Shown here in pieces: positions 42,265 through 51,129 of a stretch of DNA of 64,000 bases. The notes under the pieces are model-generated. The model ran no database searches, was not told where the DNA came from, and saw only the letters and a list, made by a program, of their open reading frames with translations. Both the position numbers and the translations under genes were made by a program. This stretch comes from an uncultured Nitrospiraceae bacterium. Lineage in GTDB: Bacteria > Nitrospirota > Thermodesulfovibrionia > Thermodesulfovibrionales > SM23-35. The stretch covers positions 312,589 through 376,588 of the forward strand of contig CAVSHB010000004.1 of NCBI GenBank assembly GCA_963727775.1, given 5' to 3'. Positions within the stretch are counted from its first letter, which is position 1, and each line of letters starts with the position of its first letter.

Positions 42265-43512
42265 TTAGCCGGTCATTGCATCGGCTTTTCTGCTGTCTTC
42301 TTCAATAAATCTTGTACAAATAAATGACAATAACGCAGCTAAAAGAATGGCCAGAGGCGTAATTAAGAGAGAAAATCTCAGTCCCCACATATCTGAGAGC
42401 CTGCCCAGGATGGTAGGCGAAACCGCATCTCCCAGTGCATGAATAAAAAAGATGTTAACTGCAAAAGCCATGGCGCGCACTGCGGGATTAGTCACATTGA
42501 TAACTATCGTATTTAAAGGACCGGTGTTGAAAAAAAGGAAGAATTCCGCAAAAAAGATTGCAGTCATGCAGCCCGGAAGTGAATTGGTAATGAGTGAATA
42601 CGCTGCGATAGGCGCTCCCAGCAGAAAACCCCATCCTGAAACCAGTAAATATCCTTTACTATTTTTTCGCTGCAACATATCGCCCAGCCATCCGCCGGTT
42701 AAGGTGCCAGTGATCCCTGCAACCACCGTGATTGCCCCAAATAACGTGTTCCCCGCCGCAACACTTTGTCCGTGCAGCCGATGGAGGAAGGTCGGCATCC
42801 ACTGTGCCAATCCGCCCAATGCAAAGGTCATGGAAGACATGGCCAATGTGTTTATGACAAAAGAACGGTTTTTAAACAGTGAGACGTAATCTCTAAACCG
42901 AGTTCCCTCATGTCCCGCAGCCGTTTTTTCGATGCATCCGCATCGGGGTTCGCGAAGGTAAAGCAGAGGCAATAGCAGAATCAGTCCAGGCAGAGCAGCA
43001 ACGAAGAAGACAACATGCCATCCAAAGGTCTGTCCCAGGATACCGCCAAGGACATATCCGAAAGCACTGCCGACAGGGATCGCAAGATAAAAAAAAGAAA
43101 GGGACCTCCCGCGCTGGCTTTTCGGGAAATAGTCTGAAACGATCCCGGGGGACACCGTTCCGAAGCTTGCCTCACCTATCCCGACTGTTGCCCGGCTCAT
43201 TGCGAGCGTAGCATATTTTTCCGCCAACCCTGTAGTAGCGGTGGCAATGCTCCAGAGTGATAGTCCCCAACAGGCAAGTTTCACTCGGCTCCGGCGGTCT
43301 CCTAACCAACCGAGCAGCGGGGCGGAAATCATATAGGACAACATGAATGCGCTGCCGAGAAACCCAAGAGTGGTATCGGACAGGCGCAGGTCTTCTTTAA
43401 TCAACGGGAACACAGCAAAAAGCACCTGGCGATCGATGTAATTCAGGAGGTTAATCGTGAAAAGAAGGACTAAGGCATAATGATTGTAAGCCAATTTTAA
43501 ACTTTTGCTCAA
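42265..43512 (-). CDS. MFS transporter (Spinster-like)
   Basis: NLLNYIDRQ, GWLGDRRSR, GIGEASF; ~12 TM helices. Confidence 0.88.
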   Translation of the reverse strand: MSKSLKLAYNHYALVLLFTINLLNYIDRQVLFAVFPLIKEDLRLSDTTLGFLGSAFMLSYMISAPLLGWLGDRRSRVKLACWGLSLWSIATATTGLAEKYATLAMSRATVGIGEASFGTVSPGIVSDYFPKSQRGRSLSFFYLAIPVGSAFGYVLGGILGQTFGWHVVFFVAALPGLILLLPLLYLREPRCGCIEKTAAGHEGTRFRDYVSLFKNRSFVINTLAMSSMTFALGGLAQWMPTFLHRLHGQSVAAGNTLFGAITVVAGITGTLTGGWLGDMLQRKNSKGYLLVSGWGFLLGAPIAAYSLITNSLPGCMTAIFFAEFFLFFNTGPLNTIVINVTNPAVRAMAFAVNIFFIHALGDAVSPTILGRLSDMWGLRFSLLITPLAILLAALLSFICTRFIEEDSRKADAMTG

Positions 43513-43557
43513 AGCATTATTCTTTATACGAGCTTTATGCGGGCTCCTAAGATTTCC

Positions 43558-44559
43558 TTACTTCCTGCTTGCCGCCATACGCTCGAGCATTTCAAGTTTT
43601 GATGTTTCACCGACGGCTATCAATGTATCCCCTGCTTCCAGGGCAGTGCGGAATGTCGGATTGAATTTCATTTCGCCGTTCTGCTGTTTTATAGCTACAA
43701 TAATAATTCCAAGTTCCCTTCCGATACCGCATTGGTCTAACGTCTGCCCCACAAGATCGGAGCCTTCCTGAATAATTATCTCCTCGATCTGCAAATCTAT
43801 GTTGCCGCTTTTTGTGGCAAACTCAATGAAGTCGACTACCGCAGGTTTTAATACGGAATGGGCCATCCTTAACCCGCCGATATGATATGGCGAAACAACC
43901 CTGTCTGCGCCTGCCCTCAGCAGTTTCTTATCCGACCCTTCTTCACCGGCCCTCGCAACAATTACAAGATCGGGGTTGAGCCCGCGCGCGCTCAGAACAA
44001 CGTAAAGGTTTTCCGCATCTGTAGGCAGAACCGATATCAGACATCTTGCCCTCTTTATCCCGGCCTTCTTTAAAAGCTCATCCTTTGTTGCGTCTCCCTG
44101 AATAATGATGTTTTCCTCTTTGTCGTCGAGGACCGCGCCGTTCTTTTCAATAACAACAAAGTCTAATTTCTCATGCCCGAGCTCCCTGGCAATAATCTTG
44201 CCCATCCTGCCGTACCCGCAGATGATATAATGCTTTTTTAATTCCTTCAGCCTCTTTTCCAATCTCTTCCTCCCGAACATTTCCTGTAATTCGCCTTCTA
44301 TTACAAATTTTGCGCCCGTACTGAATGCATACAGTACAGTCCCCACCCCGCCTATAATAAGGATAATCGTAAATAATTTGCCGCCGGACGATAGGTCATG
44401 CACCTCCCTAAACCCGACTGTCGTAAGGGTGATAATTGTCATATAAAGGGAATCCAGGAAATTCCATCCCTCTATCCCCATATATCCGGAGGTCCCAAAG
44501 GAAATAACGAGTATTATTAATCCTGCAGAAAGTGCAATTCGCCTTTTGAGTTCTTTCAC
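43558..44559 (-). CDS. Potassium channel with RCK (TrkA-N/C) domains
   Basis: TLTTVGF filter, ICGYGRMG, GDAT, TrkA-C tail. Confidence 0.9.
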   Translation of the reverse strand: MKELKRRIALSAGLIILVISFGTSGYMGIEGWNFLDSLYMTIITLTTVGFREVHDLSSGGKLFTIILIIGGVGTVLYAFSTGAKFVIEGELQEMFGRKRLEKRLKELKKHYIICGYGRMGKIIARELGHEKLDFVVIEKNGAVLDDKEENIIIQGDATKDELLKKAGIKRARCLISVLPTDAENLYVVLSARGLNPDLVIVARAGEEGSDKKLLRAGADRVVSPYHIGGLRMAHSVLKPAVVDFIEFATKSGNIDLQIEEIIIQEGSDLVGQTLDQCGIGRELGIIIVAIKQQNGEMKFNPTFRTALEAGDTLIAVGETSKLEMLERMAASRK

Positions 44560-44637
44560 TTATCTCCGACGCCAATAAATTTATTACGGGAACGCATAAA
44601 ATCTCGAACTTATTATGTCAAAAAATATTTAAAAGTC

Positions 44638-45231
44638 TCAATTCTTCCCTACCTTTTTCCTGAGGGTATCGAGTAGCGCCTCAGGTGATTTATTTGCAAG
44701 TATCTCTCTAAATTGCGATCGATAGTTATTGATCAGGCTTACCCCTTCGATGACAACATCATACACCTTCCACTCGCTGCCTTTTTGGATCACCCTGTAA
44801 TTAATCGGGATATCCGCCTTTTTTGTCACTATGGTAGTCCGGACTTCAACCGTTTTTTCCGATAAAGAGTTTTCTTTACCGTAGAGCACCTGTTCATTCG
44901 TATACGACATAATTTTGTCTGCATAAGTTTCTTCAAGCAATGATGCATAGAGATCAGTAAATTCTTTTTGTTGTCCTGCATTCAGCTTGTTCCAATCCGG
45001 GCCGAGTGTCCTCCGCGAAAGCTCGGCAAAATCGAACATTTTGCTTGCGAGGGAGCGTATCTTGGTCTTCTTGGTATTCTTCCCTGATTCTCCCTTGAGA
45101 GTCGGGTCGCGCAAAACATCAAGCACTTTGTTAATTTCCGCTCTAATTGTTTCGAGAGGCACACCGGCATAGGAAGACAACGGCATACCCAACAAAACAA
45201 TCAATGCAAATCCGATCACCTGCTTTTTCAT
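44638..45231 (-). CDS. mlaC: MlaC/Ttg2D-family periplasmic protein
   Basis: FDF.ELSRRTLG..W, WKVYDVVIEGVSLINNYRSQF. Confidence 0.85.
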   Translation of the reverse strand: MKKQVIGFALIVLLGMPLSSYAGVPLETIRAEINKVLDVLRDPTLKGESGKNTKKTKIRSLASKMFDFAELSRRTLGPDWNKLNAGQQKEFTDLYASLLEETYADKIMSYTNEQVLYGKENSLSEKTVEVRTTIVTKKADIPINYRVIQKGSEWKVYDVVIEGVSLINNYRSQFREILANKSPEALLDTLRKKVGKN

Positions 45232-45273
45232 GGTTCCCCCTTTCCACTCATGTCTTCGTTATCAGTTCTTGTA

Positions 45274-45633
45274 TTACTTCCCTTTCCCTTCAATAGATTC
45301 CTCCATAAAGACCGTCAATTTCCGATCGCCGATAGGGAATGCCTCATCTATCCTGCCCTTCACAACGACGGTCGATCTTGCTTCAGGCAAGGTTTTTTTG
45401 GTAACTACAATTATTTCGCCTGTCTTGTCTCTGACCTTAAAGAATTTAACAACAACGAAAAAAGCTGTCCGGTCCGTGACCTCTCCTTCAATAGTGACTT
45501 CTTTCCCTTCATATGCCTTCGGATTGCTGAGTATCTTCTCAATCGTGGCATGCTGGACCCGGCTGAAGTAATACCACGCGCCGCCGCCTATTGCTATGAC
45601 TATCAAAACCGCGACTATTATTTTCCTTATCAT
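45274..45633 (-). CDS. Membrane-anchored OB-fold protein
   Basis: TM helix, then I..ILSNP..YEGKEVTIEGEV...D.TG.I.V. Confidence 0.65.
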   Translation of the reverse strand: MIRKIIVAVLIVIAIGGGAWYYFSRVQHATIEKILSNPKAYEGKEVTIEGEVTDRTAFFVVVKFFKVRDKTGEIIVVTKKTLPEARSTVVVKGRIDEAFPIGDRKLTVFMEESIEGKGK

Positions 45634-45651
45634 AATAGTTCCCGATAATTC

Positions 45652-46359
45652 TTATTTTGAAGCCTTCTTAAGAGTTTCCCGAAGCTCGGCAGAACCTTCA
45701 TTGACGACGTCTTTTTTCACAACGATGTCCACAGGTCTTACATCCTTGCCGTAGTATGCTTTATTGATACTGTTACGGATATCAACCATAGAACCTTCAA
45801 GATTAAGCCCCGCATAAAGACCTTTGGACTTTGCAAAGGAAATGAAATCGGCTGTTACGTTTCCTTTAGCGCCTATCCCCACAGGGCCGAGCGCAATTGA
45901 TGTATCTCCACCGAGCTTGAATGACGAGGCAAAGAGTGAGTCAATGGCCTTCCGGCTCATCGCCATCATGATCACCTCCGCGGCTTCGCCTCCGATCTGC
46001 AGACCGAAAGTGACTGAGCCGATTGTATAGAAGGCTGGCTGGCTCCAGTCTCCGGTCTTTTCATCTTTCACAACGAGAACGCCGGTCCCGCCTGAGCCTC
46101 CCAGAAAAAAGCCCGCCTTGAGTACCTGGGGAAAGATCAATAAGCCTTTTACTTCCTTGAGGTGCTCGTGAAGCCAGGTATAATTCTGATCGCGCATGAG
46201 ATTATTAAAAGTGACGCGTGCCCTGTCCACAATACCTTGCGCCTCATCGGAATCTGCTGCGCTTGCAGGTGCCGCTATGCAGGCGAGCAAAACAACAACG
46301 ACCACAGATGATACGAATAAAGCCTTAAGGTCTGATACTGTTTGCTGCTTCTTTTTCAT
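45652..46359 (-). CDS. Ysc84/SYLF lipid-binding domain protein, exported
   Basis: KAGFFLGGSGGTGV, WSQPAF, GLQIGG, SKGLYAGLNLEG. Confidence 0.88.
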   Translation of the reverse strand: MKKKQQTVSDLKALFVSSVVVVVLLACIAAPASAADSDEAQGIVDRARVTFNNLMRDQNYTWLHEHLKEVKGLLIFPQVLKAGFFLGGSGGTGVLVVKDEKTGDWSQPAFYTIGSVTFGLQIGGEAAEVIMMAMSRKAIDSLFASSFKLGGDTSIALGPVGIGAKGNVTADFISFAKSKGLYAGLNLEGSMVDIRNSINKAYYGKDVRPVDIVVKKDVVNEGSAELRETLKKASK

Positions 46360-46656
46360 CTTTGCCTCCCTGGTTGAATTTTGTTCACCTCTGCTCAAGC
46401 CCTGAAACTTCATTTTTCAAATACGTCTTTAACACAGGCGACGGAAAATTAATCCCTTCCGCCAGATAACGATGCTGAAGCAGTTTAATAAACTCATATG
46501 TGATTATATATTGACCGGAGGGATGATGTCGATAAACAAGTTCAGCCCGATACCGAGCAGGAACAAGATAAAAAGCTTCATGCTAAAAGGCAGGTCCCAA
46601 TTCTACATATAGACCTGCCTTCAGTAAAATATATCACGACTTAAAATTTATTAAAC

Positions 46657-47064
46657 TTATTTCCTCTGTTCTAATTCGAACGCCTTCCCTGCTTTGCCTG
46701 CCGCGTTCTCGGCCCTGCTTGCTGCTTCCTCTGCCCTTTTTGCTGCCGCTTCCGCCTTATTCGCCGCTGCTTCGGCCCTTCTTACCGCGGCTTCTGCCTT
46801 CTCGCAACAGTCCTTCGCGATTTTCATCGCCTCCTGGGCCAGAGATTTCGCTTCACGCGCGTCTTTTTTGGCCTCGTCAATCTCAGCAATCTTGCCCTCA
46901 AGCGCGCTTACTCTCGATTCTATAGAAGAGACTCTCGATTCAAGCTTGCTGATTCTTTCAACCAATGGTTCTATCTGCTGACGCACATAATCCTTTGAGG
47001 CGCACCCCAAAAAAAATATCGATAACAAAGGAACCATCAATAAAATCGAAACTGTTTTTTTCAT
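46657..47064 (-). CDS. Alanine-zipper lipoprotein (long paralog)
   Basis: Lipobox FLGC, heptad coiled coil, AEAAA repeats, C-terminal Lys. Confidence 0.75.
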   Translation of the reverse strand: MKKTVSILLMVPLLSIFFLGCASKDYVRQQIEPLVERISKLESRVSSIESRVSALEGKIAEIDEAKKDAREAKSLAQEAMKIAKDCCEKAEAAVRRAEAAANKAEAAAKRAEEAASRAENAAGKAGKAFELEQRK

Positions 47065-47134
47065 TATTTACACCTCCTTTATCACCAAAAAATGCTTTTC
47101 TAAAAAGTTTTAAAATAACCGGTCAAAATTTAGC

Positions 47135-47353
47135 TTATTTTTCCTGCTGCAATTCAAAAGATTTTTCACACTTCTTCGCTGCGTTTTCAGCTCTCCTTGC
47201 AGCCGACTCAGCCCTATCACAGCATTCCTTAGCCTCAAGTTTGCTGATCCGCTCTACGAGAGGCTCCACCTGCTGACGAACATAATCCCTTGAAGCACAT
47301 CCCAAAAGCAAAAGCAATGAGAGAGACATAATTATTAAAGCCGCTTTTTTCAT
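47135..47353 (-). CDS. Alanine-zipper lipoprotein (short paralog)
   Basis: SD AGGAGG, lipobox LLGC; shares CASxDYVRQQxEPLVERISKLE and FELxQxK with its neighbour. Confidence 0.75.
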   Translation of the reverse strand: MKKAALIIMSLSLLLLLGCASRDYVRQQVEPLVERISKLEAKECCDRAESAARRAENAAKKCEKSFELQQEK

Positions 47354-47463
47354 TTCCACCTCCTTTTTTAATGAAAAGCTACCTTTTATCTTTGCCGCTT
47401 GCCTTTTCAAGCGACTCTCCTGCGCTCTCGATGTCTATTCACATTATTTTTCGTTTGAATAAA

Positions 47464-47480
47464 CGCAAAAAGGATGCCAA
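47464..47480 (-). promoter_or_regulatory. Sigma54 (-24/-12) promoter of the lipoprotein genes
   Basis: Minus strand TTGGCATCCTTTTTGCG (GG-N10-GC). IHF-like site at 47484-47497 and paired palindromes at 47532-47565 upstream. Confidence 0.7.
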
Positions 47481-47668
47481 TTATAACTTGTTGTTTTTTA
47501 TATACTTTGACAAAACTCGAACCTAATACACAGGGCATTTTTACCCATTAACGGCTTTTTGCCCTATAATATAACCAACAAAATCACAATTGGAAAAATG
47601 CGGATTTTATGAAAATATTATTTTTCGTACAGGTTCGCAAAGTCACTCCCTTGATAGCCGCATCTTTT

Positions 47669-48987
47669 TCAATTACCGTGTAACAGTCTTTTGATATTTT
47701 TCATTTCATCGCGGAAAGACTTTGCTTTTTCAAACTGAAAATTCCTGAATGTCTTGATTTCAAGACCGCTGAATGATTCTTTCATCTTGACGGCCCCATC
47801 AATATCTGTCCTGAATATGCGCAGATCCCGCAGCATGTTCAATGTTTCTTCATGCGGATGGCCGAATGAATTATCACGGCCGACGCTGATAACCGCGGCC
47901 TCAGGAGGGACCTCTTTAAGAAAGGATTCACAGGCAGATGTCCTCCCGCCATGATGAGGGACCTTTATGACATCGCATTTAAGCCATCCCCGCAGATGGA
48001 TGATGTCTTCTTGCGCCTCTTTCTCTATGTCCCCGGTAAAGAGAAAAGATGTATGGTTTCCCGCGATCTTCAGTACCAGCGAATCGTTATTTTCCGAAAC
48101 ACATTCGTTCTTGTTCATTGTATAGAATTCAGGGTATGGGTGCAGGACATGCATTTTATATCCGAATCCCTCGATTACGTCTCCTCTACCCAATGAGCGG
48201 TGTTTGATATCAATCAGGAAGTCAGGCAATATAATCCGGCCGTTGTCCCAGAGTTCTTCCACCTTGAATTTTTTTGTAAGGTAATCCGATCCGCCGGTAT
48301 GGTCGGGGTGAATATGGGAGAGGATCAGAGCATCAATAGTCTTCTTCCCCCTATATTTAATGAATGAAGCCGTTTCCCTGCCTGTTTTTCCTGTATCTAT
48401 TACTATGGTTTTTCCGTCAGGAAGTTCAACAACCGATGAATCTCCCTGCCCGACGTCGAGGAAAGTGGGAGTGAGGCTTTTTTTATCGGAGATCGACAAT
48501 AAAAAACAGACTGCTAAAGGGATAAAAGGAATTAACAGTAATTGTTTTCTTTTGTCGAACAGGAAATAGAATAGAAATCCGGCATAAAAAAACACGATTA
48601 TTATCGGCGGGAAAGCCGGTATCTTTATGTCGGCGAACGGTATCCCGGAAAACAATCTCACGAGAAAAATACTTGCATCGGAAACCACGGACACTACGGG
48701 AGTAGTTATGAAGTGGCCTGTAATTAGGAACATAAAAGATGAGATCACGGACAGAGGTATAAGTATGAAGCCTATCAATGGGGCTATGAGGAGATTCGAT
48801 ACGGGAGAGATTATCGAGAAATAGTGGAAATAATACGCCACCAAAGGCGCGGTGCCGATTGACGCCGAAAAGGTCATCAATGAAGCGTCTTTTATGTATC
48901 CGACGATTTTCCTTTCTTCTTTTTTATCGTCTTCGCCGGACCGAACCGAAAAACCGATGAATAACACCGCAAGGAAAGAAAGCTGGA
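47669..48987 (-). pseudogene. comEC: comEC fragment 3 (end of Competence domain + metallo-beta-lactamase domain)
   Basis: QLSFLAV, FLDVGQGDS, LSHIHPDHTGG, NNDSLVL, VPHHGG, FGHPH, RTDIDGA. Confidence 0.92.
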
Positions 48988-50260
48988 GTAAACTACCCTG
49001 CGGCAGAGACCGCAGGGCGTTCAAAAGAACGGATGCGGGCGGCAGAGTTTGCAGTTCCAAGATAAGGAGTAATAGCAGTAGGAGCATGGACTGCGATAGG
49101 TTTGTTTACCGAACCCTTTAAGGCAATATTAATGCTGGCGTTAAGATCAGCGTTTACGGTAAAACCACAGGAAAGACAGGAAAAAACGGATTGAGACTTC
49201 CGGTTGGACTTAGAGATAAAGCCGCATGCGGAACAGGTCCGGGATGTACTGCGGGGATCAACCGTGATAACCGGAATACCCGCTATCTTGGCTTTGTATC
49301 CGATAAAACTGTCCAACTGGAGGAAAGACCAACTGCCAAGCCGTTGCCTATCTGCCTTACGAAACCGTGTCCGAAAGCTTATGCCCTTCAAATCTTCAAG
49401 GGCGATGGCTCTCTCCGTGTCTTTGGCCATAGCAACGATCTTCTTACTGATGCAGTGATTCACATGTTTTCTGAATCGCGCTTCTTTCTTGGCAATCTTT
49501 TTAAGATGTCTCTTAGCGGACTTAGAACCACACTTCTGGAGGTCCCTTCTAATCTTGGACATGCGTTCTCTGACAGCATCGACCTGTTTACCGGAAAATG
49601 TCTCGTTATCCGAAGTGTGGGCTATGCTAACGATGCCCTTATCGACACCAAGTATCCCTATTGGAGTGAACGGGGTGCCGTCAGGCATTTCTATAACTAC
49701 GTTCAAGAAGAACTTGCCGTTCTCAAGGGTAAGGTCGGCCTGTCCTCTCATCCTGTTTTTATCGAGGGAAGCATAAGGTCCCCAAAAGACAATAGGGACT
49801 TTCAGTCTACCATCCACGGAAAGCATGGAGGCAACCTCAAGATTCTTGAAAGACAGAAGCCGTTGGTCATAAACAACTGCAGAGTATTTCTTGAACTTAT
49901 GCAGCACTTTCTTATCAGTGCGATAGGACTGAGATACTTTATCGATCGCGCGCACACAGAGCTGAGAAGAAAGAGGAAATTTGTCACGAACCTCTCTATA
50001 GACAAGATGGTGGAGCGGAACTTGGCTGAACTTGTTATTTTCAAAAGCGACCTTCGATATATAGTTGCAGGCATCATTAAAAGTTGCCATGGTCTTTTTG
50101 AGCGATTGATACTGGTTCGCATTTGGAAGAAGCTTAACCTTAATCGTAAGTTTCATGTGTTTAGTATAGGATATTTTTTATCCATGAGCAAGTCTAAAAC
50201 AAATAGGAGGATGGCTCCTCCCTGTAGCAGAGACTACAGGGTGTCCGCCACACAATTTTA
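48988..50260 (-). mobile_element. IS1341-type (TnpB-only) IS200/IS605 element, 1273 bp
   Basis: Left-end hairpin CCCTGTAG-TCTCTG-CTACAGGG and right-end hairpin CCCTGCGG-TCTCTG-CCGCAGGG. Inserted 3' of TTCAT, ends TTTAC, no target duplication. Removal gives in-frame SPS-F-QLSF. Confidence 0.92.
48993..50156 (-). CDS. tnpB: RNA-guided endonuclease TnpB
   Basis: RuvC D (GVDKG), E (IALEDL), D (NADLNAS); Zn finger CSAC/CLSC; TSRTC. Own promoter TTGCTC-17-TATACT. Confidence 0.93.
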   Translation of the reverse strand: MKLTIKVKLLPNANQYQSLKKTMATFNDACNYISKVAFENNKFSQVPLHHLVYREVRDKFPLSSQLCVRAIDKVSQSYRTDKKVLHKFKKYSAVVYDQRLLSFKNLEVASMLSVDGRLKVPIVFWGPYASLDKNRMRGQADLTLENGKFFLNVVIEMPDGTPFTPIGILGVDKGIVSIAHTSDNETFSGKQVDAVRERMSKIRRDLQKCGSKSAKRHLKKIAKKEARFRKHVNHCISKKIVAMAKDTERAIALEDLKGISFRTRFRKADRQRLGSWSFLQLDSFIGYKAKIAGIPVITVDPRSTSRTCSACGFISKSNRKSQSVFSCLSCGFTVNADLNASINIALKGSVNKPIAVHAPTAITPYLGTANSAARIRSFERPAVSAAG

Positions 50261-51129
50261 ATGAAGGGCTGAACAAGGATTCCGGGTCCCATACAACTAT
50301 TACAAATGCGGCAAAAACCAGTGAATTAAGCCAGAAGCCTTTCCTGCCTATAAGAAGTCCCAGGAGGACTATGCTTATCATAATAAATGACCTGACCGCC
50401 GGAATGCTCGCGCCTGAAAGTCCGAGATATGCAAGCATAAACGGTAGGCAGAACACGGCGGCGATCTGAGAAGGAGTTAGAAAAACTGTTATCCTCTGAA
50501 GGACCCTGTACGGCATTGCGTTAATGAAAAATCTGAACACCCCGAACAACAGCACCGAGAAGATACCGAAATGGCTGCCTGAAATGCTGAGGATATGCGT
50601 CAACCCCGTTATACTAAAAGCATCTTTCGGTTCTTCGCTGATATTTGCCGTCTCGCCTGTTGTTATCGATTCAACAAATGCTCCCGAATCCTTCCCTAAA
50701 TTCTCTTCGATGAATGAATTGACTCTGTATCTGTTTTTTTCGATCATCGAATGCAAAGACAACCTTTGATTTCCTGAATTACGCACCTCTAAAAGGTTCG
50801 CATAAATATCGTCCCTTACCTGCTGCCCCGGATTAAGTCTTTGCCTGCTTCTTAATAATTTGACAATAAAATCATACTCAGTCCCCGCATCCAGCTTTTT
50901 ATCCGAAAACAACATGATTTCTTTTCCGTCCAGCGCATCGATCTTCTCGCCTGCCACGGAATTCACTGCCGACTCTACGGAAAAGGGTTGCCTGACAGTA
51001 CCTGCTTCGGTCTTTACCGGATATGAACTGCAAATACCCTTTACCTCGACATTATCTTTGATATGTGGGACATCGTGCGAAGGTTCATAACGCAAAAGGG
51101 CGTATAGTACCCCCGAAAGGATGAAAATA
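50261..51129 (-). pseudogene. comEC: comEC fragment 2 (DUF4131/OB region + start of Competence domain)
   Basis: TGLTHILSISGSH, GASIPAVRSFIM, WDPESLFSPS. Confidence 0.9.

Noticed and set aside
46694..46981. Repetitive DNA and an Ala-rich plus-strand ORF
   Set aside because: Explained by the alanine-zipper codons of the minus-strand lipoprotein.
48988..49087. Leu-rich N-terminus of ORF 47669-49087
   Set aside because: It is read from the tnpB element right end (omegaRNA region), not from comEC.
49191..50261. 356-aa plus-strand ORF
   Set aside because: Antisense shadow of tnpB; no recognisable motifs.
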